Virus record (IMG/VR): IMGVR_UViG_3300007177_000055
Location: 61,410 to 125,409 of that record
DNA length: 64,000 bases
Strand: one strand, 5' to 3'
DNA from: a virus
Positions 56,486 through 64,000 of this stretch are shown here, piece after piece (position 1 is the first letter of the stretch; every line of letters starts with the position of its first letter). The translations under genes and the position numbers were made by a program. Below the pieces are notes generated by a model. The model was not told the origin of the DNA. It did not search any database and saw only the letters and a program-made list of their open reading frames with translations.

Positions 56486-57302
56486 CTTCTACAAGTATGA
56501 CTTGAGGTGCAGGAAATTTATAGGGATTATTAGGCAAAGCCCCCGCATATGGGTTGTTAATTGCAGGTTCTTGAATGTCATACTCAATACACATGTAAGC
56601 TGTGTGAAAGACTAAGTTTTCACCTTCTCGAATCCAGTTACTAGTAGGGTAGTCTACGTAAAGGATATTAGGGTTACGATGGTAAAAAGGGTGCAATATA
56701 GGTATGTCTCTTACTATGTACCGCAAAAGAGGCATATAGTCCCTAAGGATTTCCTCTCCTGGCAAAATTTGAACGTTTAATGCAGACTCTTGAGTCTGAA
56801 AATAGAGCCTATCGTTCAAAGTAATCTCTTGAGGTTCATCTGTAATTTGCACTAAGCTCCCGTGAGGAATATTAGTGGTTAAATCAGACTGAGTTACTAA
56901 GTCAGAACGTATTTGAATAGGAGCGTTAAAAGCCGTGTCTTGGTAATACAGTTGAACAATTACACGCATCGTAGCTGCAGCTGCAGCTTTGTCTACAGCT
57001 CCTAACTGAGCAGCTGCATGTTTTTCGTCAAAGTGTAAAGACTTATCAGCTAACAGACGAGAATAAACTCCTGATTTTAGCTTATAACCGGAATGGTAAG
57101 GGAATACCGACAGAGTTAGGCCAGGCTCAATAAGCTCCAAACCACCAAACAACCTCCAGTTACTAACCCGAATAGGCTCTGTTTGTAAGTTTTCACCTAC
57201 TATAGCTGGATAATAAATGCCAGGTTCCTTTATTAAAGGGTGAGTAGCTATAGCATTTATCAGTGCTCGACAGAGCTGCCTCTCACTAGCATAGAGACTC
57301 AT
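56475..57302 (-). CDS. putative neck/tail-completion protein
   Basis: Position between head genes and sheath; 275 aa. Confidence 0.6.
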   Translation of the reverse strand: MSLYASERQLCRALINAIATHPLIKEPGIYYPAIVGENLQTEPIRVSNWRLFGGLELIEPGLTLSVFPYHSGYKLKSGVYSRLLADKSLHFDEKHAAAQLGAVDKAAAAATMRVIVQLYYQDTAFNAPIQIRSDLVTQSDLTTNIPHGSLVQITDEPQEITLNDRLYFQTQESALNVQILPGEEILRDYMPLLRYIVRDIPILHPFYHRNPNILYVDYPTSNWIREGENLVFHTAYMCIEYDIQEPAINNPYAGALPNNPYKFPAPQVILVEEDK

Positions 57303-58984
57303 AGGTAAAAAGGATCTTCCATAGACTTAGACTCATCCAAAATTGATTGCCATAATCTAGGATTAGGCCGTTTCACTACATAAGCTTGCTCTTTTTTGAG
57401 AACTCCATCAACAACACCTCCACCTACTCCAAAAGGGTTCTTAACTCGTACAGATTTGGGGTTGTTAGAATACAAAGTTGTAGCTCGCGTACGATTACCG
57501 GTAGCTATTTCTACGTCTGCCGGTATTTCTAGTATATCTAAAACTACGTGAGTAATCACTACAGAACTACTCCAAGCTATCAGCTCTAAAGCAGCCGCAG
57601 ATCCTGCGGCTGTTATGGAATCATTACGTAAGATAGAGCCGGTGACCCTAGTGTCTACGTTTAACTCGGCTAAAGCATTCAGCAACGCTACAGTGACTTG
57701 AGAATAGCGATTAGCATCCAACTCTAATTGTTCAGCGGCATTTGCACTTATTAACCGAGGTATATTTATGGTTATAGCTTTAGGTACTTCCAAGCCTTCA
57801 TTGAGTACTGGTTGCCACGGCTGAACTCTAAAGCGTAAAGTTGAGTTGTCTTCTGGTATTAAAGGTGTCTCAGACTGAAGGTTCCTAAAGTATAGAACTG
57901 CGGGGTCATAGTTTTCACTTAAACTACGAGCTGTAGTCAAAGCATTTCCCCTTAACAGCAGCATACTGCCGTTTACTGGGTAAGTATTTAGCGAGTCACC
58001 GTGGTTACCCCAAATAAAAGGAGATCTCTTTAAAGGCCAGGCTGTAGCTGTTAAGTCAGTTTGACCTGGTAAAAGCAAAGTTTCTACTCTTAAATTAACA
58101 GAATAGGCTAAAACTCCTATTACTGGGTTTCTAGGGTAAAAAAGTAAAGCGTGATACTGAGTAGAATTAGGGTTTTTAGGGTTAACAAAGAAAGGGCCAG
58201 ATAGGTCTGCTGCAGCTAGTAAAGAAGTATCTGGATTTAGTATGGTCTGAGAATTGATTTCGTCCGCTAGAGCGCTAACGATTTCCCAAGTGGTTATAAG
58301 TCCGGTAAAATCACCTAACTTAGACCAAGAACTAGAAATCCCAGGTACTTGCCACTCAACTCTAAGAAACTTCTCTGCAGGTATTACTAAGTCTTTGGGT
58401 TCAAAAAAGAAACCAACCGGAATATCTGCTTCTTTTTGAGCGTCAGTTTGTGAAGTGGATTCAGAAAGTTCATAAGTTTCTACTAAACGGTTTAGGTCAG
58501 CTATTGCGTTCTTTTCTACTATTTGAGCGTGTTCTGCTTGTTCTTTTACTTGTGAGAGCTGAGAAATTAGTTGAGCTGCTGCAAGAGCAGCCGAAATTCT
58601 TCGTATGCCATCACTAAACAAGTTACGGTTAACGTACCCAGTACCTGAAGGGTTACGCGTAGGGTCGTTAAACATAATCTCTTTAACAGCTCCCAGACCG
58701 CCAAAGAGTGGAGTATTATCTTTTCGAGATTTAGCTGCAGCTAATATAAAAGCTATACGTGGGTCAGACTGGGTAGTAATTACGTTAAAAATTTCGGCTA
58801 CGCTGCGACGCTGTAAAAGCAAAGAATAAGCCCGGACCATCCGGGCCATATCTGCTAAATCTTGAGACTCTGCTTCTAAATCAGCATCGCTCAAAGACGG
58901 AACATCTACTGCAGGAGTACCGGCTCCAACTCCGTCTGCTGCTGGATAAGAAAAACGGTCAGCAAAACTAAAAGTTGTAGCCAT
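57299..58984 (-). CDS. putative head-tail adaptor-like protein
   Basis: Position downstream of capsid genes; IRRISAALAAAQL helix typical of adaptor N-domains. Confidence 0.5.
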   Translation of the reverse strand: MATTFSFADRFSYPAADGVGAGTPAVDVPSLSDADLEAESQDLADMARMVRAYSLLLQRRSVAEIFNVITTQSDPRIAFILAAAKSRKDNTPLFGGLGAVKEIMFNDPTRNPSGTGYVNRNLFSDGIRRISAALAAAQLISQLSQVKEQAEHAQIVEKNAIADLNRLVETYELSESTSQTDAQKEADIPVGFFFEPKDLVIPAEKFLRVEWQVPGISSSWSKLGDFTGLITTWEIVSALADEINSQTILNPDTSLLAAADLSGPFFVNPKNPNSTQYHALLFYPRNPVIGVLAYSVNLRVETLLLPGQTDLTATAWPLKRSPFIWGNHGDSLNTYPVNGSMLLLRGNALTTARSLSENYDPAVLYFRNLQSETPLIPEDNSTLRFRVQPWQPVLNEGLEVPKAITINIPRLISANAAEQLELDANRYSQVTVALLNALAELNVDTRVTGSILRNDSITAAGSAAALELIAWSSSVVITHVVLDILEIPADVEIATGNRTRATTLYSNNPKSVRVKNPFGVGGGVVDGVLKKEQAYVVKRPNPRLWQSILDESKSMEDPFYL

Positions 58985-58992
58985 ATACCCCC

Positions 58993-59496
58993 TTACTTAT
59001 CTGTAACTTTAATTGATGCGTCGGAGTCTGTTTCAGCTTTAGCTTCTGTAGTTTTAGTAGAAGTCGCATAATCTGCTTTGGATCTTGTAGACTTAGCCTT
59101 AGCAGGCTTAGAAGCAGTCAAAGCATCTAACAGCTGCTGGCCGTCAGCTTTGTTTTTTTCATACAACTGATCAATTGAAGGTAGCGTATTAGGAGCCAAA
59201 GTACCATCTGTTGAAACAGTTTCTGTAGGAGGAACAAATACGCCATCTTCTTTAGAAGGTACCGTAGGCAACGTCCCTTCCGAGAAAAAAGTGCCTGGAA
59301 CAGACTGCTCCTCAATAGGAGGAGCAGATTCTTCTTCTAAATGCTCGACCACTATGAATTTGTCGCTGTAAGGACCAGCCAGTACAGCTGCCCCATCCTC
59401 ATTAGACAAAAAAGGACGGTCGCCTGCTTCTACTCTATAACTAGCTCCTTTAACAAAAATAGTACAAGGAGCTAGTGCTTTAAGTCGATAAGACAT
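58993..59496 (-). CDS. hypothetical head-region protein with low-complexity tail
   Basis: 167-aa ORF after the capsid genes. Confidence 0.65.
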   Translation of the reverse strand: MSYRLKALAPCTIFVKGASYRVEAGDRPFLSNEDGAAVLAGPYSDKFIVVEHLEEESAPPIEEQSVPGTFFSEGTLPTVPSKEDGVFVPPTETVSTDGTLAPNTLPSIDQLYEKNKADGQQLLDALTASKPAKAKSTRSKADYATSTKTTEAKAETDSDASIKVTDK

Positions 59497-59525
59497 GTCA
59501 AATTACCTAGTGGTGAGATTTAAGC

Positions 59526-60530
59526 TCAGGGGTTAGTGAAATTACCTGAGGCAGTAAGAATACTACGAGCTGGAGATAGCACGTAAATATTCGCAGGGGT
59601 GACTGGAGTAATGTTAACTGACTTAACACCGGTAGTACCAGTATATGCAGCAGCTAAGGTGATCACACCAGTTGTACTATTGTAACCACTGGCCGCCAGT
59701 GCAGCACCGTCGATCGCAATAGTAGTAGTAGCTGCAATAGAAGCTACAATATCAGCCACTAGAGGACGACTGGCAGCAGCCACTGTAACGGTAGTAGAAC
59801 CATTTGTGAAGGTCGCTGTAACCGCTTCAGGTAGAACGTAATAATACAAGCTGACGTTGGCCAACTCCAAGGAACCTACATCACGTAGCAGCGCTTTAGA
59901 ATTTGAAGAAACGTACGGAGGGTACAAGTTCTCAACGTAGATGCGCTTTTCGATCTGGTCAACGGTAAAATTACCAGAAGCAAGCTTAGAGTGGCACTCA
60001 CCGCCCCAAGTCCGGTTTTTACCGGATTGAGCTGGCATAGCTGGTGCCTCAAAAGAAGGATCAATGAGGACCCAACTAGTGCCGTTGTAGCGAAAAAACT
60101 CCGTGGCAGAGAAGTAGTCGCCGTAATCAATAGCCTTACAGTAAGCATCACCTGCAGCTACTGCATCACCATTTAGACGAGTAGTAGGAGCAGAGCCACC
60201 CAAGGCTACTGGAGTTAAGACCCGAGTAGGGTTTAGGTACACGTTGCGCAGGTTAAAGCCTTCTACAGCTGTGGTAGGAGCAGTAGACACGTTAACAGAC
60301 GAGGCCAAAGTGGCCAGCTGACCATCAAGGTAAGCTGTACCCGCTGAAACCGAAACTGTAGCTGCTTGGGGAGTAGCTGAAGGGTTAGCCGCTGCTAGTG
60401 ACCAACTTACAGTTAAACCGCCAGCAACAGAAGAATAAGGGTAGTAACTAAGACCACCTTGACGGCCAGTAGGATAAAGATCCTTCCAAAACCTGAAGCC
60501 GGGAGCGCCAGTAATAGGAACAGTAGCCAT
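59526..60530 (-). CDS. abundant virion protein, probable head decoration/minor capsid protein
   Basis: Directly after the MCP, GGAG RBS, A/T/G-rich composition. Confidence 0.65.
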   Translation of the reverse strand: MATVPITGAPGFRFWKDLYPTGRQGGLSYYPYSSVAGGLTVSWSLAAANPSATPQAATVSVSAGTAYLDGQLATLASSVNVSTAPTTAVEGFNLRNVYLNPTRVLTPVALGGSAPTTRLNGDAVAAGDAYCKAIDYGDYFSATEFFRYNGTSWVLIDPSFEAPAMPAQSGKNRTWGGECHSKLASGNFTVDQIEKRIYVENLYPPYVSSNSKALLRDVGSLELANVSLYYYVLPEAVTATFTNGSTTVTVAAASRPLVADIVASIAATTTIAIDGAALAASGYNSTTGVITLAAAYTGTTGVKSVNITPVTPANIYVLSPARSILTASGNFTNP

Positions 60531-60559
60531 TTAAAATCTCCGTAAAAAGTCAGGGAAAA

Positions 60560-61882
60560 TCAGAACGTGCCGTAGTTAACGTTGGCTTCCAGTACTAGTT
60601 GGCTGGTGAGTTCTTCAGGCTCACAAACAGTCAAGTTAGCAATCCAGTGAGGATATACAGCAAATGGTAGGAACGCGTCACCCATTTGCATAACCCGACC
60701 AGGAGGTGAAGGCGGAGCAGCGTCAGGGCTGGTGCGCATATAAATACCAGGAGTACCATCAGGAGACTCACCAACACAGTGTTGAGTCATACCCAAAGTA
60801 GCTCCGCCACCTTGCATATCCCGAGGAGCAACCAGCGCCACTTTATTAGCAGGCCAGTAAGTTTTAACAGTATTAGTTACAGGATCGCGATACAAACCGC
60901 TGATTTCACGAATACGTAGACCAGCAATAGAGGTCAAACGACCGCCAGGACCAAAAGTAGCCCAACCAGTCGGCAAAGCAGACTGAGAAGCTCCAATAGC
61001 AGCATTACCTGCCACAGATCCAGGTTGATTAAGCACCATTAAACCAGGCAAACCCTGATAAGCCTTGAGATACTCGTTAGTTGACTGAATAACAGTCAGC
61101 AACTGGGGCGACATAACGATTTCCGTAAACCGGTTTTTGTTAGTCAACTCCAAATACTGAGCAATCAGCTGAATGCAGCGAATAATGTTAGCACGGGCAT
61201 TAGTCCAAGGTACACCAAACTTATCGTCTGAAGAAGTGAAAAACGCAGCTTCAGTACGACCAGCGTCATTGACCAAAGCGCTGTTAGCAGTATAATTAGT
61301 ACCTGCAATAGGCACCACCGCGTTAGCAGCTACACTGGCATTCCAACCTTTATAACTAAAGAAGTTCTGAGGTGGAATGTTGGTACTAACGTTGATAGCT
61401 ACGCCAGTGCGGGGATCAGTATAGTTAATACCGCCCAGCAGAGTCTTAGAACGGAACAGTTCTTTGACACGGGTGTGACGGTTGACTAACTTTTGAACCC
61501 GGCGGGAAACAATCTCAGCGGGAGACCACTGTTGGTTAACCGTACCTACTTCACGTAGCTGGTTGATCAACGCTTGTTCAATAAAGTCTTCTTCCCGCAC
61601 AGAAGCAGGAGTGACTCTCATCGAACGAATCCGGTCAGGCTCAACAAACCCACCGCCCGGAACACCAAACCGAACGATAGGCATGATGCCCAGACCTTCA
61701 ACGATCTGTTCAATTACAATAGTGCGTTCGTTAATGGTAACGTCAGGAAAAAGATCTTCCAGCCCACCAATATCAATACTCTCAAAAGAACGCGCCAGCA
61801 TGGTCAGCTGAAGCGAACCGAGAGAAGGAATATCCCCTACATACGCATAAGGCGTAATTTCAGGCGAAAACTCTGTAGCCAT
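60560..61882 (-). CDS. major capsid protein (HK97 fold, lambda-E-like)
   Basis: Follows protease/scaffold; LFP...I.IE....G.GIMPIV..G.P, P..VRE...I; GAGG RBS; 440 aa. Confidence 0.88.
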   Translation of the reverse strand: MATEFSPEITPYAYVGDIPSLGSLQLTMLARSFESIDIGGLEDLFPDVTINERTIVIEQIVEGLGIMPIVRFGVPGGGFVEPDRIRSMRVTPASVREEDFIEQALINQLREVGTVNQQWSPAEIVSRRVQKLVNRHTRVKELFRSKTLLGGINYTDPRTGVAINVSTNIPPQNFFSYKGWNASVAANAVVPIAGTNYTANSALVNDAGRTEAAFFTSSDDKFGVPWTNARANIIRCIQLIAQYLELTNKNRFTEIVMSPQLLTVIQSTNEYLKAYQGLPGLMVLNQPGSVAGNAAIGASQSALPTGWATFGPGGRLTSIAGLRIREISGLYRDPVTNTVKTYWPANKVALVAPRDMQGGGATLGMTQHCVGESPDGTPGIYMRTSPDAAPPSPPGRVMQMGDAFLPFAVYPHWIANLTVCEPEELTSQLVLEANVNYGTF

Positions 61883-61909
61883 TTGTTTACCTCAAAAGAT
61901 TAGGGGAAA

Positions 61910-62941
61910 TTAGGCAGCAGCTTTAGCTGCTAGTTGAGCTTGATGGGCTGCTATAATAGAAGCATAGGGGTTTTCAGTAGCAGTTACAGCTGCAGTTTCT
62001 ACTACAGCTTCTTGAGAGCCACGTGGCTCAGTGAAGTTCTGCTTGTTACCCTCTGACAAACTACGCATCAGGCTCATTACTTGTTCAGCCTGATCTTCCG
62101 AAAGAACTTCATTGCGAAGCATTTCAGAATAACGCTCTTTAACAGGAGCAGCCAAATTCAAGGAGTTAACTTCAGACAAACGTTGATCTAGAGCTTGAGC
62201 TTTTAGCTTGGCCGTAGTCTCGGCAAGTGCAGTTTGAGTAACTTTAAGTTCAGCTCGAAGGGTTTCAACTTCAGTTACTAGATCAGTAAACCTTTCTACA
62301 TCAACCACAGGAACAAGGGGAGTAACAGGAGTAGCTTCAGCAGTCATAGGACTAGAATCAGGGGGAGCTAAAACAGAAACGGCAAACAGCGTAGAGGCTG
62401 TGCCTTCAGATTCGGAAAACTGTAAATGTTCTCCAGCCTCTACGCGAGGCATACGGGTTAAAAAAGGTGTGTTAGTAAGAGCAGCACCTACTAATAGAGT
62501 ACCAATAGATTCGCCAGTTTCCTTAGAGTTTGCGTCGCGCACAATTTCTGCGGAAGAATAACGAAACTTTCCTTGCTTAGTATCTTGAAAAACTTCGTCG
62601 TCTACTGGATCATATTCCCCAAAAAGGGTATCTGATTCTTGATAGAGCTTATTTAAAAAAGCAACGGCGGGAGCACCTCCTACACTAGTACGATCTGTAG
62701 GATGACCTAAATAAAGAGGAGGTTCATATCCAGTTACTCGTGCATTCCAGTTAGTTTGTATTTGGTCAAAGTCTTCTTGGGAAAAAGTGACCGGACCGTA
62801 TTGAGGGTGTACCCACTCCCCTAAAACAGCAATAGGCAATCGGATATACCGATTACCTACTGAATCTTCCGATTCAGACAGTTTCCATTTCTGGTCATAA
62901 GGAAGCGGAAATTGATTCATGGAAATTTTCGTCTCATACAT
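61910..62941 (-). CDS. prohead protease/scaffold (Mu gpI-like)
   Basis: G.W.HP.YG.V.F...DFD.I..N, P.YLGH, FRY.SAEI, L.GAALTN.PF, then a coiled-coil scaffold tail. Confidence 0.87.
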   Translation of the reverse strand: MYETKISMNQFPLPYDQKWKLSESEDSVGNRYIRLPIAVLGEWVHPQYGPVTFSQEDFDQIQTNWNARVTGYEPPLYLGHPTDRTSVGGAPAVAFLNKLYQESDTLFGEYDPVDDEVFQDTKQGKFRYSSAEIVRDANSKETGESIGTLLVGAALTNTPFLTRMPRVEAGEHLQFSESEGTASTLFAVSVLAPPDSSPMTAEATPVTPLVPVVDVERFTDLVTEVETLRAELKVTQTALAETTAKLKAQALDQRLSEVNSLNLAAPVKERYSEMLRNEVLSEDQAEQVMSLMRSLSEGNKQNFTEPRGSQEAVVETAAVTATENPYASIIAAHQAQLAAKAAA

Positions 62942-62985
62942 AAATGTAAGGGCAAACTAAGATAGAAAACAAGAGTATTTTGAAA

Positions 62986-63810
62986 TTAACCAAAACCTTT
63001 TGGCTTAGAACCATGTTTTGCTCTGTATTTTGATACGTACTTTTGACGAGTGTACTCTTTGGCCATACTCGAATCTGGGTTTTTAAACCTAGACTCAGCC
63101 ATGCCTCTAGCTTCACTATATAACTCTTCATCTGCAAATGCTAAAGCTTTTTTGCTTTCTTCTTCTAAATCACTTTGTTTAATGACGGCTGCAGCTATAG
63201 GTTCAGGGGCAGATGTTTGGGCTGAAACCGATTCAAGCTCAGGATCTTCGATTATTGCCTTAGATGTTGTTACTTCAGTTGCGGGCTTAACTTCAGTAAA
63301 TTCTGGCGCAGGAGCAGCATCACTTTCATTTTCCAGCTTGGCCATTAGAGCTGTAGCTGGGTCACTAAAAACTTCCATATTTTCTTTTGGGTCGGTTTTT
63401 ACTGACCCATATAAAGCAAAGCCACTACAAGTGTAACCAGAATTTGAAGGAAAATCAAACTTAGAGCAATACCCTGAACAATTACCGCTATAAGATTCTA
63501 CATAACCACATTCAAAATAGTGGCATTTAGCGCAACTAACAGAAGGAACATAATCAGCAGGAGGGGAACCTACTGGATTACAGCAACTAAACTTTTGTGT
63601 GTCTTGAGACACCGACTGCAAAATAGGACTAGGCATAACAGGTAGCACAGGTTGGGGTAGCGGAGCAGCTACTTGAGAAAACTGCTGAAAACCAAGGTCA
63701 GGTTGAACAGAACTACCAAAAATGGGCTCTGCAACAGGTCTATTAGTGCTTTCAGTGCTTACAGCGGCTAATTTACTACTTTGAGCAATAAAATCATTTA
63801 GTAAATCCAA
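62986..63810 (-). CDS. hypothetical head-region protein with Cys-rich module
   Basis: CAKCHYF...GYCSKF...TCSGF motif plus acidic linker and basic C-terminal domain; TTG start uncertain. Confidence 0.7.
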   Translation of the reverse strand: MDLLNDFIAQSSKLAAVSTESTNRPVAEPIFGSSVQPDLGFQQFSQVAAPLPQPVLPVMPSPILQSVSQDTQKFSCCNPVGSPPADYVPSVSCAKCHYFECGYVESYSGNCSGYCSKFDFPSNSGYTCSGFALYGSVKTDPKENMEVFSDPATALMAKLENESDAAPAPEFTEVKPATEVTTSKAIIEDPELESVSAQTSAPEPIAAAVIKQSDLEEESKKALAFADEELYSEARGMAESRFKNPDSSMAKEYTRQKYVSKYRAKHGSKPKGFG

Positions 63811-63887
63811 GGTCTTAGCAGTCTTACTAATCTAGACTATCTTACACCAGACCAAAAAAACAAAGAACACTGTAAAGAAAACTACTA

Positions 63888-63998
63888 ATGCATATTCCCC
63901 GACTAATAGCTGTAAGACAAGAGCTGAATGAAGCTTTAGCTAAAGTCCAAGAAGTTACCTTTTCTGAAGCTAATGACTGTTTGTACCTTAATGGTACA
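63888..63998 (+). CDS. start of a divergently transcribed hypothetical gene (3'-truncated by window)
   Basis: ATG 63888 open to the window end: MHIPRLIAVRQELNEALAKVQEVTFSEANDCLYLNGT. Confidence 0.5.
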   Translation, partial: MHIPRLIAVRQELNEALAKVQEVTFSEANDCLYLNGT

Positions 63999-64000
63999 CA

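Noticed and set aside
23708-63436. Short + strand ORFs inside the structural genes (e.g. 30228, 45267, 52205, 61574, 63050) and - strand ORFs inside early genes
   Set aside because: Fully nested antisense shadows without recognisable motifs, consistent with codon bias of the sense genes

Overview
The window is 64 kb of a lytic-looking, AT-leaning tailed-phage genome, most likely a contractile-tailed (myovirus) cyanophage. Cyanobacterial-type thyX, a cyanophage-type class I RNR and a CP12-like peptide point to a Synechococcus/Cyanobium-like host. The + strand (1-21.8 kb) carries replication, recombination and nucleotide-metabolism genes: SF2 helicase, intein-split ThyX, ATP-dependent ligase, Pol-beta nucleotidyltransferase, primase, RNase HII-like, RuvC-like, PD-(D/E)XK nuclease, HU-fusion and RNR alpha/beta. 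It also carries a mosaic, partly decaying accessory region and three tRNA genes. The - strand (21.8-63.8 kb) is the virion module: protease/scaffold, major capsid, sheath, tube, baseplate, a terminase with two inteins and a 4459-aa protein. The most notable observations are: (1) the giant virion protein, with an N-terminal phospholipase-D/nuclease domain and three different C-terminal peptidoglycan hydrolases; (2) a tandem tRNA pair, in which tRNA-Val(TAC) has apparently compensatory rewiring of most conserved tertiary contacts and tRNA-Thr(TGT) has an 8-nt anticodon loop; (3) an unannotated 54-aa CP12 C-terminal mimic beside a Cys-to-Ser pseudophosphatase; (4) a SpoU methylase frameshifted exactly inside a perfect 10-bp hairpin; (5) tandem paralogue sets and a direct-repeat-flanked gene cassette. 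All product calls come from motif recognition by eye; no searches were run.
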